From the NCBI GenBank assembly GCA_963753755.1, contig CAVWDM010000005.1, positions 138,559 to 202,558 on the forward strand: a DNA stretch of 64,000 nt. Direction: 5' to 3'. Shown one piece after another: positions 41,433 to 51,471 of this stretch; position 1 is the stretch's first letter; each line of letters opens with the position of its first letter. The DNA comes from an uncultured Gammaproteobacteria bacterium (lineage in GTDB: Bacteria > Pseudomonadota > Gammaproteobacteria > UBA9214). The translations under genes and the position numbers were made by a program. The notes beneath the pieces are model-generated. The model did not search any database and was not told where the DNA came from. It saw only the letters and a program-made list of their open reading frames with translations.

Positions 41433-41880
41433 ATGAAGATCGATACACCGAGCGCACGCAGCAAACTGTCTCCCCGTCGAGAGCCATTTGGTGTGCCCTG
41501 GGAAAGGGCAAGTCCATCGGTTACCGTGCCGCTTCCGGCCCTTGGATCGTACGCTGACGGTATCAGGCAAGCCCGGCACCCACGACATGGTGCTGTCCAA
41601 CGAGGCCAAGACATTCTTTAACACACAGGCACAGGACAAACTCCCGAAGGCGTTGCTATTAAAACCTGATGGAGGTTTCAGTGGAATCGTAATCACGTGG
41701 GGAGGTGCTGCAAAGAGGCTGAACAGACGGAGTATCACAACACACCCGAGTAATTCCTCACCCAACCCCCTGCTTGACGAGCTGGGGAATATTATTATAC
41801 CTGTCCAGTTACCCCCCCACCCGATGTTGGACTCAATTATCCCCTGTAGATTGATGAACGTGGAAGTTCACAAATCGTTA
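41433..41880 (+). mobile_element. decayed tyrosine-recombinase (phage-type integrase) N-terminal remnant, marking the left border of an acquired low-GC region
   Basis: Spread over two frames: MKIDTPSARSKLSPRREPF | WCALGKGKSIGYRAASGPW..., matching the lambda-like integrase N-terminal pattern (LTPREKDYFVWD..LKGFGVRV.PSG.K.Y..QYR). No catalytic domain follows. GC content drops sharply after 41290. Confidence 0.45.
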
Positions 41881-41891
41881 AGTGACAGGAG

Positions 41892-42077
41892 ATGAGCATG
41901 AAAGGCATGCAGCCACAAATGACCGAGTTCGGTGACTGCCTCAGCGAGTTGACTGATGTGGGTCCGTTGGGTGGTGCTGTACTGACTAATGAAGTCAAAA
42001 AAGGAAATCTGAGAGCCAAGAAGTATGGCTCGAAGGTGATCGTTCTGCCCTACGACTACAGGGTTTTCCTTGAGTGA
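41892..42077 (+). CDS. excisionase/AlpA-like HTH DNA-binding protein
   Basis: 61 aa; ...LSELTDVGPLGGAVLTNEVKKGNLRAKKYGSKVIVLPYDYRVFLE resembles Xis/MerR-type excisionase domains (…G.L.A.K.G.KWRI…FLE). Confidence 0.45.
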   Translation: MSMKGMQPQMTEFGDCLSELTDVGPLGGAVLTNEVKKGNLRAKKYGSKVIVLPYDYRVFLE

Positions 42078-42316
42078 CTGCCTGATGCACAGGTGGAAGC
42101 CGTGCCAGACACACGGGCGGAAGCACTGTCAGCTACGCGGGCAAGAGGCGGAGGGAAGAGAAGTCGCTTCAGTGAATATTTCATTGTTGTTTCTTCTTCA
42201 TTGTCCATATGAAAAATTAGAAACATGACAATGCAAGCACATGAATTGGATGTTGTTTTCCTGTTCTTTATCCGCTTCGCGCTCATCATGGATGCGCTGA
42301 TTAGTGTTAACAGGCC

Positions 42317-42922
42317 CTAAGGCACTGCAAGCTGTACTGTGCAATTACGTTGCTGGGCTTCTTGGTATAATTCTTTACCAAGTCGAACGACTAGCTGTTC
42401 GTCCAATGCTGGAATGTCTACGGTATTATGAATAGGAATAAATCCTCCACTTCGAAAAAAAATAACATCCCTTGAGCGTTGCCGCTGCTCGCTGTATCGT
42501 CCTGGCGCAAGGCGACTAAAGCGAAGTAAGGTTCTTCCAATATAAACACATTCTGCTTCTGCAGGAACAGTGAACCTGATATTTGCAGGAATTGTTATAC
42601 GGCCTTGGTCCAGTTCCGATGCCATAATCTCAACTGAATCGACTAGATATTCCCCTGGTGGCAAAGAAATGGTGAAATTAAAATGTCCCTCACGCTTATC
42701 TTTCTCCCGAGAGGCTGACTCAAAACCGCTCCAGCCACGCTGTAAGTCATTGACAAGCTGTTGTCGGTACTGGTGGTCGGTGTCACGCGATACAATTACC
42801 AGGGTGACCTCCATCGAGGTTGGTGGCAGCACTGCGCGCTCTTCCGCAAGGTAGAACATGAAGGCCATGGTACCAAGTACGTGTTTCGATCTTCTCGCCT
42901 GTCGTTGCTGCTCATCAAGCAT
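42317..42922 (-). CDS. hypothetical protein within the acquired region
   Basis: 201-aa ORF with protein-like composition; I could not recognise any domain. Confidence 0.3.
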   Translation of the reverse strand: MLDEQQRQARRSKHVLGTMAFMFYLAEERAVLPPTSMEVTLVIVSRDTDHQYRQQLVNDLQRGWSGFESASREKDKREGHFNFTISLPPGEYLVDSVEIMASELDQGRITIPANIRFTVPAEAECVYIGRTLLRFSRLAPGRYSEQRQRSRDVIFFRSGGFIPIHNTVDIPALDEQLVVRLGKELYQEAQQRNCTVQLAVP

Positions 42923-43702
42923 CTTTTGCTTTTGTATGTCATCAGTTTTTTGTATCGACTCAAGCCATTTCTTCTCTCCAGGTCTCAGAGCAGTTGACGA
43001 TTCTTGGTCCTTCGAAATAGGCGGAGGCGAAATCTCTACAGTTTCAGTATCAGTGCCGCATGGCTGGTCACTGAAAAATACTTCTCCTGCAGGACCTGTA
43101 CACTTGTAGACCGTAGCATTAGTTACGAGAGGGAAGCTAACGAGAATCGAAAAACCAATCGTTTAATGAAGCCGAAGACCCAGAAGAATTGCTGGGTAAT
43201 ATACTGATTAAAATAACATCTCACTCGCAACTGAACGTTAGCCTCATCAATCACCGCCCCCGGCACCATCCCTTTTGTATTCGTTGCTGTATTCATCATT
43301 AGAGGCCTGCATTTTTTAAATTTCCAGTTCAACGCCTCTAGTAAAGAGTAAACCGCATTTCCTGTAACTACCTATTCTAAATGGCCGTCATTGATAACGC
43401 CTAGGAGCTGGCCTGGGTTGGCCGGGGTTGACCGTACGCAACAAAGCCAATAGCTTGCTCTGATAGTTCAGCGAACAGCCAGTACCGGTCTATTAAGGAA
43501 GTTCCTGCGGTACGTGCAAGTGATTTCTGCTGAGTGGGAAAGTCGACCCATATATGGCAATTAGTGGCAAATGGCTAGAGCTAGTCTACGCTTATGTTTA
43601 AAGGCAGGAGACGACCTACCCAGATGCACGGCATTTATTGATATATACCTACCGGGTGTATGCTTCCGAAGCCATTCAAATATATTGAAGGAGGAATCAC
43701 TG

Positions 43703-44308
43703 ATGAAAGGAATACCAGTAAAAACTACCAGACTTTCTAGTTTTTCATTGTTCGCTGCTGCTGCGTTTGCCTGCTCTTCGCTACCCGGACATGCTTCCAA
43801 GCTCACGGCCACAGCCGACATCAAAGGTTGTACCGACTTCAGTATTTCAGGGAGGGCTACACTCGGGGAAGAAGTGACGGACGAAGGTATAAAGGAAGTC
43901 ACTGTCCATCTCAAGGTAGAGGGTATGTCCGATGGCAAGCATGCGGTGCACATTCATGAAACGGCCGCCTGCGAGCCCTGCAGCGCTGCCAATGGCCACC
44001 ACGACCCAGGACCTTTCGGGCAGACGCGTCCGGACAGTGCGGGTGACACTGTTCCGGCAACAGACATCAATCACCCTTATCATATGGGTGATCTCATCAA
44101 CATCGAGGTGAAGAATGGCAGGGGCACCATGAAGCATACGAGCAACCGGGTGACCTTGTCGGCGGGCCGTCTCAGCCTGTTTGATGCTGACGGCAGCAGT
44201 ATCATCATTCATACCAATGAAGATACCTACTGCGACGAGGAAAGTGATCTCAAGAAAGGCTGTGCAGGTGGTTCGCGCGATGCCTGCGGAATAATAGTGG
44301 CTGATTGA
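43703..44308 (+). CDS. sodC: periplasmic Cu/Zn superoxide dismutase (SodC family)
   Basis: GGAGGA RBS and signal peptide (MKGIPVKTTRLSSFSLFAAAAFACSS). Cu/Zn ligand pattern HAVHIHE...GHHDP...HMGDL...IIIHT...GGSRDACGII. Confidence 0.7.
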   Translation: MKGIPVKTTRLSSFSLFAAAAFACSSLPGHASKLTATADIKGCTDFSISGRATLGEEVTDEGIKEVTVHLKVEGMSDGKHAVHIHETAACEPCSAANGHHDPGPFGQTRPDSAGDTVPATDINHPYHMGDLINIEVKNGRGTMKHTSNRVTLSAGRLSLFDADGSSIIIHTNEDTYCDEESDLKKGCAGGSRDACGIIVAD

Positions 44309-44594
44309 AATTGGCTGGTGAGGGTGGGTTTTAATCCTAATCCTTTTTGACCCTTTGACATTGGCCGGCAATATTTTTCATGGCGAGCCGATATGATTGC
44401 AGTATTGAGATGTCGTCAGTCATAACTCGTTATTGAACAGTACGACCCCGTATTTTTCAGCGCGATCACGGCCTTTATTATGGTGCTATATACCCGAAGC
44501 TGGCCGACAGTCGATAAACAGGGGCACTAAACTAGATTATATTCTGTGCGGACGTAATGTCTTACTTACCCCGAACTAAGACCTGTATACTGCC

Positions 44595-44966
44595 TCATAG
44601 ACCAGCTGGTTGAATGCAACGTTCGTCATTATTCTTTGGTGAATTCACCCAGGTGTTAACGGGGTAAGCGGTCAACTGGCTGGATGGGGCAGAGTTCAGG
44701 TACTGCATGATCTCTTGCTTGTCAGTGATTATTTCATCAAGCCAGTAGTCATAATGCGCGGGCGCAATAATTGCGGGCATCCGTTCATGGATCGGTTTCA
44801 TTGCCTCGTTGGATGGTGTGCTGATAATTACACAATTATTTAATGATTCACTCTCGTCTTCCCAATGATCCCAGAGGCCAGCCCCTGTCTGTGGTCTGGC
44901 CGAGGCGTGAGCTGGGAAGAGTTGGGAGAGGGGGTAAAAAGAACGGCGGCCCAAAGGGGGAAGCAT
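44595..44966 (-). pseudogene. truncated SOS-response-associated peptidase (SRAP/YedK, DUF159) C-terminal fragment
   Basis: ...NNCVIISTPSNEAMKPIHERMPAIIAPAHYDYWLD...AYPVNTWVNSPKNNDERCIQP matches the SRAP C-terminal half. The N-terminal catalytic Cys2 region is absent. Confidence 0.5.
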
Positions 44967-45190
44967 TAGGCCGCCGTGTATTACTAAAAGACCCGTGATG
45001 AGTCACACCTAGATGCTAGCCTGATGCTGGATCAGAGAAGCATATCGCATTAGTCAAAAATACGTCATAGGCCAGCGTCACTGTCTGCGATCTATCATAA
45101 AGAGGGAGAGTACGTTTCGTAATTTTCGGCCTCATTCCGCCCCTTACTTCATGTTCAGCGCTCGTTGACATGTGATTGGTGGTGTGGCAT

Positions 45191-45280
45191 CTGTACGGAC
45201 GTCCGTACAGGGTCCGGATGCCAGAATTTTTGTTAGAAAAACACCCAATAACAGAAAACGTCCGTACGGTGTCCGTACAG
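45191..45280. repeat. cluster of GTCCGTACRG sites, including a perfect 20-bp palindrome CTGTACGGACGTCCGTACAG
   Basis: Palindrome at 45191-45210; further copies CGTCCGTACGG (45259-45269) and TGTCCGTACAG (45270-45280). A related copy, CGTCCGTACGAG, lies ~40 nt upstream of the integrase remnant (41382-41393). Confidence 0.6.
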
Positions 45281-45428
45281 AACGCTCTAAAAAATGCAAC
45301 CTAATGAATTAAGGGCTTAATGTATGAGGGTGTGCGACTGTTCGCTGTCGCCTGAGGGCGGTACCTGGCGAATCAAAACAGCCGGCGTTGCCGGGAAGAA
45401 CTTGCGGGTGTCAACATGACACACCGCA

Positions 45429-45833
45429 TCAGTGTGCCAACTTGTCTTTTTCGCTGAGCTTGAGCTTGCAATTTGTGTTGGTAGAGATCGCCAGTATCGC
45501 GACATAGCCAATGACGGCCATGAAGCCTATATAGGCATAGATTGACATGGCATTCTTGTAAAAGACTGCAATATTGAGTGCGCTGATAAACAGCAGAAGT
45601 AATAGTATTTTCAGTGCACAGGCGATCGGACACCTTTTTGCGCGATGTGTGAGTTCGTTGATAAAGCCTGGCATATAGCCTCCATTTCCTCTTTCTGTGT
45701 TCATGTGATACGACTCCGTCAGCTTTGGAATGTAGGTCAGTGAAATCAGCCGGTCAGGCCGATCCAAAGCCAGTATAAAAACAGGGGCACCACGGTCACG
45801 ACTACAACCATTAATAGCGCTGCCAGCGAGCAC
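45429..45833 (-). CDS. possible small two-TM membrane protein
   Basis: The C-terminal ~80 aa are strongly hydrophobic. Low-GC context and no recognisable homology. Confidence 0.2.
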   Translation of the reverse strand: MLAGSAINGCSRDRGAPVFILALDRPDRLISLTYIPKLTESYHMNTERGNGGYMPGFINELTHRAKRCPIACALKILLLLLFISALNIAVFYKNAMSIYAYIGFMAVIGYVAILAISTNTNCKLKLSEKDKLAH

Positions 45834-46272
45834 CTCAATAAATCATCACAGGCCATGTTTCACCTCATAGGAATACTTAAATAATCATAAATTCATTATA
45901 TAACTGAATACTGATTAGTCAACTGAAACAAATCAATGTCGTCGATAACTGTGACGAGATTCGCTGTCAATATAATGTCGTCCAGAACCGTGCAACTGGC
46001 ACGGTTCGCATGCCATACAGCACAGGCAGGTATCGTGCCAGCCAGGCAAATTCCGATATGAAAAGCGTTAATTACAGCAAGCTGCAAGTCTGAAACGATT
46101 ATCAGCCACGAGAGAAATGCACCCGTGTGGTTCAATAAAGACTCACCCTGCCATATGAGGGTGCACGGTCGCTTACAAACCAGTGAGTAACTGATTGATT
46201 TTGCAGTGCGCCATGATTGGCACCATTCATGCCTGTCTTTTGTATATCAAAAAGAGAGTATGAGGACGTGTC

Positions 46273-47394
46273 ATGTCTACCAGAACCAGTCATGGTTACC
46301 TGCCTGCAGGACGTTATGTCGTTAATCATGACATCATGCATTGCACCGCCGAGGGTGTTGAGGGCAATGATCTTTATTCAGGTCGTGCACTCGGGCTTAG
46401 CGAACCGGAAGATTTCATCCAGCTGCACCCGGTGCTCAAGCCCCTGTGGAGACACATCGCGAGTCATTATCGCCGTATCGGACTGAGCCATAGTGAAAGC
46501 GTCATCTGGGACCTTAGCCGGGAGCAACTGTCTCGACATGCGGGATACGAGCCGTCCGTGTTTTATTTCGGGCCAAGTGAATGCAAGGCCTGGAACGATC
46601 CGCAATGGCTGGAGACTGTCGAGTTTATCAACTCGAAAAACAATTTCATGGCGCTTGCAGAACAGCTGGGTATCGATGTGCCGCACTCGCAATGTTTTGC
46701 CAGTGTCAATGACATCACCGAGATGGACATCATTGCGTTCAGTATGCCCTGCTACCTGAAAGCGGCGATATCTGTTTCCGGAGTCGGTATCTATCGTTGT
46801 GCCAACCGCGAGGAACTGCGTGATGCGATGAAAAATTTCGCAGCCGATATGCCGGTACAAATGCAGGAAGAAATCAGAACCGACGTGTTTCTCAACCTGC
46901 AGTATCGTGTCATTGACGGTCAGCTTGTACGCCTGGCCGCAAGCGAACAAATACTGCAGGGCTGCGCCCACCAGGGTAACCGTTTTCCGTCCAGCCATGA
47001 GCCATGGAGTGCCATCGAACCGATGGCACTCTGGCTCAAGGAGCGTGGTATGAAAGGTATCTTTGCCTTTGACCTGGCACTGGTTAGAACAGCAGAAGGT
47101 GGTATTCGTTTCCCCGCCATTGAATGCAACCCGAGGTTCAACGGTGCTACCTATCCAACCGTCATCGCGCAGAAACTGGATATTCCGGAATGGAGTGCAA
47201 TAACGTTCAAGACTCGCTACCGAAAACTGTCCGACCTGGATATCAGGGATGTCGAGTTTGATATGAGCACAGGGGAGGGCATGGTCATCGTTAATTGGGG
47301 CACCATACTGAAGGGCAAACTTGTGGTGTTGCTGGCGGGGTCACCCGACTACCAGGAGGCGCTGCGAAACGAGTTGCTGTACCGCCTGGGATAA
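46273..47394 (+). CDS. ATP-grasp family ligase (stand-alone, 373 aa)
   Basis: C-terminal ATP-grasp Mg/ATP motif ...AIECNPRFNGATY (E-x-N-x-R) and central-domain-like region. GC (~52%) is lower than the core genome. Confidence 0.5.
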   Translation: MSTRTSHGYLPAGRYVVNHDIMHCTAEGVEGNDLYSGRALGLSEPEDFIQLHPVLKPLWRHIASHYRRIGLSHSESVIWDLSREQLSRHAGYEPSVFYFGPSECKAWNDPQWLETVEFINSKNNFMALAEQLGIDVPHSQCFASVNDITEMDIIAFSMPCYLKAAISVSGVGIYRCANREELRDAMKNFAADMPVQMQEEIRTDVFLNLQYRVIDGQLVRLAASEQILQGCAHQGNRFPSSHEPWSAIEPMALWLKERGMKGIFAFDLALVRTAEGGIRFPAIECNPRFNGATYPTVIAQKLDIPEWSAITFKTRYRKLSDLDIRDVEFDMSTGEGMVIVNWGTILKGKLVVLLAGSPDYQEALRNELLYRLG

Positions 47395-47466
47395 TCATCT
47401 TTTCCGGGAATCCTGTGCGCTGATGTGTGACAATGCGCGAATGCAACATCACGAACGGGACAAGAC

Positions 47467-48408
47467 ATGAGTGGTACCGGCAGCTATTCCCTGATGGTTC
47501 ATGGCGGGGCGGGTGCGCTCGATAACGTCCGGGACGATAAAACCGCATTCCGTTACCTCGATAGTATTCGCAGAACACTCGAACATGGCCGTGATGTCAT
47601 GGAACTGGGTGGCTCGGCACTGCAGGCGGTGGAAGCCTGTGCGTCATTACTGGAGGACGACCCGGTGTTCAATGCCGGTTGCGGTTCGGTACTCAACGAA
47701 AACGGCAAGGTCGAGATGGACGCCGCCATTATGGATGGCCGTGACCTGTCGGCCGGCGCCGTTGCTGCCGTCGATAACATTGCCAACCCGGTACAACTCG
47801 CACGTCTGGTCATGACCGAAAGCGAGCACGTCATGCTCATTGCCGAGGGTGCCATGCGCTTTGCCGATCATTGTGGCATGCCGCGTGTACCCGAGGACTA
47901 TTTCTATACCACTGACCGCGTCGAACAGCTTCGCCAGGCACGCCTGCACCACAAGATCATGCTCGACCATGATGACACAGAGGAAGACACGGAAGACCAG
48001 AAATACGGCACCATTGGTGCCATTGCCCGTGACCCGCAAGGGAATCTGGCTGCTGCAACATCCACCGGCGGCATTGTCAACAAGCGGATGGGACGCGTTG
48101 GCGATTCCCCGATCATCGGTGCCGGTGTGTATGCCGACAATGAGACCTGCGCCGTCTCTGCAACGGGTTTTGGCGAGGACTTCATGCGTTCCGTCATTTC
48201 AAAAACGATAGCGGATTTCATGTTCATGAAAGGTATGGACGCAACACAGGCAACGGCAGCCGGCATCGAGTACCTGGTGCGCAAGGTCAAGGGACGCGGC
48301 GGCGTTATTGTCATCGATCATGAAGGCAACTGCAGCAGCGGTTTTACCACCAAGAAAATGATTCACGGCTGGATTGAAAAGGGTGGCGAGACCTGTTGCC
48401 GTTTCTAG
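47467..48408 (+). CDS. isoaspartyl peptidase / L-asparaginase (Ntn-hydrolase, asparaginase_2 family)
   Basis: N-terminal VHGGAGA, Ntn nucleophile region GTIGAIARD, and ...TSTGGIVNKRMGRVGDSPIIGAGVYA. Confidence 0.75.
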   Translation: MSGTGSYSLMVHGGAGALDNVRDDKTAFRYLDSIRRTLEHGRDVMELGGSALQAVEACASLLEDDPVFNAGCGSVLNENGKVEMDAAIMDGRDLSAGAVAAVDNIANPVQLARLVMTESEHVMLIAEGAMRFADHCGMPRVPEDYFYTTDRVEQLRQARLHHKIMLDHDDTEEDTEDQKYGTIGAIARDPQGNLAAATSTGGIVNKRMGRVGDSPIIGAGVYADNETCAVSATGFGEDFMRSVISKTIADFMFMKGMDATQATAAGIEYLVRKVKGRGGVIVIDHEGNCSSGFTTKKMIHGWIEKGGETCCRF

Positions 48409-48926
48409 GCCACTGACCGGGTTGTCGATGGCCGATCGATCCGGCTTTAGAGTCCCAGATTGGGGATCCGTGATTCCCCGCCTTTAGGTGGCGGGTCAGC
48501 GAGTATGTACGCATAAGATATTGAGTAGAAAAAAATATAAATAAAACGAAGAGTTCCTTCTCCCTCCATGAGAAGAATAGGAAGAGGGGGGTTAATTGGC
48601 CGAACGAACGTCGGTTTCCGGGGGCGGAGTGGTCGTTCGGCGAACGGCCTGCTTCTGCGGAATAATCGGCATCTTATATGAATATTGACACCCGCCACGT
48701 CCCGGGCTTTTTCATGTTTAACTCGGGAGTTCAGCATATGTGATCACGTTCAAGTCCCGGCTTGGGTTCGTCGCTGTTCAGGTAGCTGTGCCCCGCAAAG
48801 AGTTGCTGTCCCTGGCCCGCCTTTTCACCCAGCTATGGGCCTCTACCCCGTCCCTTTAAGAAGACAACGCCGAGGCCATGGCAGCCTACCAGAAGCCCAC
48901 GATGGGGCTCCACCTCGCGACGTGTC

Positions 48927-51443
48927 TCAGGCCCCAGGTGCGACTTCCCAGCCACCTTCCGGCAGACGGCGCAGCACCTCACCGTCGTCGCCGACACGAA
49001 AGAGGTGCAGCCACTCGTGAGCGATCAAGTCGTGGACCATGGTATTGCCAGCGATCACATCGTCAACGGCCTCTGCCGGGGCCCCGATGAAAACGGACAG
49101 GCGCAGGGGTTCGTGCACCCATCGCCGGCCATCGTGGAGCGACTGCAGCGCCAGCCCAATGCGCAGGTCGCCGCCATTGCCTTCCAGCACGCCGATGCGC
49201 CCTCCCACGACGTTGTGGAGAACCTTGTTGCCTGCCCCCAGATGGTCGTGATCCACGGTGGAACCGTAGTACTGGAGATTGATCCAATTGGCCACCACCA
49301 TGGGGGCACTTATGATGAGTTTGAGGACCTCGAAACCCGTGTCCTGCCGCCAGTCGTACTCGTGCAGGAAGGCCCGTCCCTGAAGGGACAAGTGGGCCGT
49401 GCGTGCCCGTGGCACGGCGAAGAAGGCTGCGTTGCCGGCGAGCCCCCACTCGGGGCGGACCTGGGACCAGTCTTGGCCGCGCTGGCGCACGGCACGCAGG
49501 GCACGGGCGGCGTCGGCCGGGGGCTGCTCGCAGAGGAGCTGAAGACGCTCGAGGCGCGCGATGTCGCCCGCCCGCTCGAGGGTACTGCGCAGGCGATCGA
49601 CCGCCGCACGCAGGGTCCGTGGTATGGACGCCGTGTCCAGCAGATGCACCTCGTCTGTAGTGGTGTCGTGCAGGGCCGGCACAAACCGGGTATCGTCGGG
49701 AATCGGCTGGCCGCGTTCGGCCAGGGTTGCGCGCACAGCGGGGTCGTTCAGGATGGTAGCTGCCATGCGCACGCTCGCTTCGCCAGTCTGACCGGCGCAC
49801 GCGCCGCAGTCCAGGGCAGCGCGCTGCGGGTTGTTGACGGTGGAGCTTCCATGGCCCGCGAGCAGCACGATGGGCGCGAGGCGCGACTTGAGACCCATGG
49901 CATTGAGGATGAAGGCTGCCACGTCGGCGCGTTCGTCGCGGGGGATGCCCCAGCTGCCGTCGTCCCCAGCATCCCCCGCGGGGGCCGCGTCCAGGTCGGG
50001 ACCCAGGACAGCAATGTCGCGGTGGCTGAGTCCCGCTGTATCCGGCCGTGGCACCGGGCGGGTCCAACCCAGGCTGTCGGTGACAAGCTTGAGCAGGTAG
50101 AGAAGCCCCGCGGATTCTACGAAGGAGAAACAGGAGGCGCTTGAGAGCTTGAACTGCTTCCAGGCCCTGGACAAACCGAGGGACAGCTTGCGCCGCGCCA
50201 GCAGCGCCTCGTTGCGGGCGCCGCCGCCGTCACCAGCAGTCTCGCACACCCGGTAACGCGGTGGCAGCAGCACCGGCAGGTGAGGCCGCGAATGGCCGGC
50301 GCCCAGCGGACGGTACTCGGCCATGATGCCGAAGAATCCCGCGAAGCCCTGGGTTTCGATGGCTCTGTCGGCCGTCTCGAGGGCGCGCCTGAACACCTCG
50401 GAGCGCACATCGATGCAGAAAGCTGCCTGGATGGCCGGCCTGGGCATCTCTGCCACGGGCCGCTCTTTGCTTGCCCGACGCAGACCCGCTATCAGGCCGC
50501 GCTGGTAGCCGATCTCCAGGGCCCGTTGAAGGATCAGGTTCACCTCCAGGGCGCGCGCCTGGGCCGGGCGCAGCCGGCGTGGCCAGCAGTGGAGAGACTG
50601 CAGCCATTGCGCGCGGTGGGCAGGACGCTCACAGGTGGCCACCAACAGGGCTTCCCAAACTACGCGGATGGCCAGCAGGTCCACGATGTCATCGTTACGC
50701 CCGCCCTCCATCTCGGCCACCCAGCGCAGGTGGCGGGTATAGCTGGCCCATCCGTCAACGGTGGACAGGGCCACGAAGAGGAAATCCTCCAGCCGGTCCT
50801 GCGGCACCTCCATGCGCTCGACGGCGGCCTGGATGGCGTCCCGCGGCGAGGTCGGCAAGGTGCGCAGCGCCGCAGGCACGTTGCGGATGTCCATGCCCCG
50901 GGGGCTGCGGTCCACGCAGGTGTAGTGCCACCACGATTCGTACAGGCCGTCGCCGAAGCGCGGAAGTGGCCAGATGGCCTGGCCGAGATCGTAGTAAGCG
51001 GCGCAGAACTGACTTATCTGCTGGACCACGTAGCTGGAATGACTAGGCCGGTATCGCCCGTCGCGCATGTGGGAGTACAGGAGCTGGGGTATCGCGACGG
51101 CCACGTGCTCGTCCACCGCGGCTCGGAGCCGAGCGAGATCCATCTCGGATCCGCTGCGGGCTAAAGACTCCTCGAGATCGGTATCGGTGATACGCCCGGC
51201 GGCAATCTGCTCGCGGAACCAGTCCCGGTTCATGGTCATGGGACGCCCGATGATGCGTCTGTGGTACTCGGCCGCCGCCGCGAAATGCTCATCCACAAAG
51301 CCCAGATACGGGTTCGTGGCCACCATGGCGTCGAGGGGCCAGAAGGGTGCGAACCGCGCGCAGACGGCGTCCACTGCCGGGTCGGTCCAGCGTTCAGTCT
51401 GTCCGGGGGCGACAGCCGCTTCTGGCGCAGTTTGGTCCGTCAT
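48927..51443 (-). CDS. dabA: DUF2309 protein DabA (putative CO2-hydrating subunit of DAB complex)
   Basis: 838-aa DUF2309-like protein; partner dabB immediately upstream with overlap. Confidence 0.75.
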   Translation of the reverse strand: MTDQTAPEAAVAPGQTERWTDPAVDAVCARFAPFWPLDAMVATNPYLGFVDEHFAAAAEYHRRIIGRPMTMNRDWFREQIAAGRITDTDLEESLARSGSEMDLARLRAAVDEHVAVAIPQLLYSHMRDGRYRPSHSSYVVQQISQFCAAYYDLGQAIWPLPRFGDGLYESWWHYTCVDRSPRGMDIRNVPAALRTLPTSPRDAIQAAVERMEVPQDRLEDFLFVALSTVDGWASYTRHLRWVAEMEGGRNDDIVDLLAIRVVWEALLVATCERPAHRAQWLQSLHCWPRRLRPAQARALEVNLILQRALEIGYQRGLIAGLRRASKERPVAEMPRPAIQAAFCIDVRSEVFRRALETADRAIETQGFAGFFGIMAEYRPLGAGHSRPHLPVLLPPRYRVCETAGDGGGARNEALLARRKLSLGLSRAWKQFKLSSASCFSFVESAGLLYLLKLVTDSLGWTRPVPRPDTAGLSHRDIAVLGPDLDAAPAGDAGDDGSWGIPRDERADVAAFILNAMGLKSRLAPIVLLAGHGSSTVNNPQRAALDCGACAGQTGEASVRMAATILNDPAVRATLAERGQPIPDDTRFVPALHDTTTDEVHLLDTASIPRTLRAAVDRLRSTLERAGDIARLERLQLLCEQPPADAARALRAVRQRGQDWSQVRPEWGLAGNAAFFAVPRARTAHLSLQGRAFLHEYDWRQDTGFEVLKLIISAPMVVANWINLQYYGSTVDHDHLGAGNKVLHNVVGGRIGVLEGNGGDLRIGLALQSLHDGRRWVHEPLRLSVFIGAPAEAVDDVIAGNTMVHDLIAHEWLHLFRVGDDGEVLRRLPEGGWEVAPGA

Positions 51444-51471
51444 CTCGCCTCAACCCGTGTTTGTGGCAGGG

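Noticed and set aside
45191-45210. LexA (SOS) box at the 20-bp palindrome
   Set aside because: The CTGT...ACAG ends are separated by 12 nt rather than the 8 nt of gammaproteobacterial LexA sites, and the adjacent SRAP gene is only a fragment.
48735-48765. Possible tRNA 3' fragment (GTTCAAGTCC T-loop-like string)
   Set aside because: Flanking bases do not form a T-stem or acceptor stem; no tRNA could be folded by eye.
49005-51164. Plus-strand ORFs 49005..50144 (379 aa), 50280..51164 (294 aa) and the many Arg/Pro-rich minus ORFs out of frame in 49063..50607
   Set aside because: Overlapping alternative frames of the intact 838-aa dabA gene; the composition (R/P/G-rich) is typical of GC-rich off-frame ORFs.
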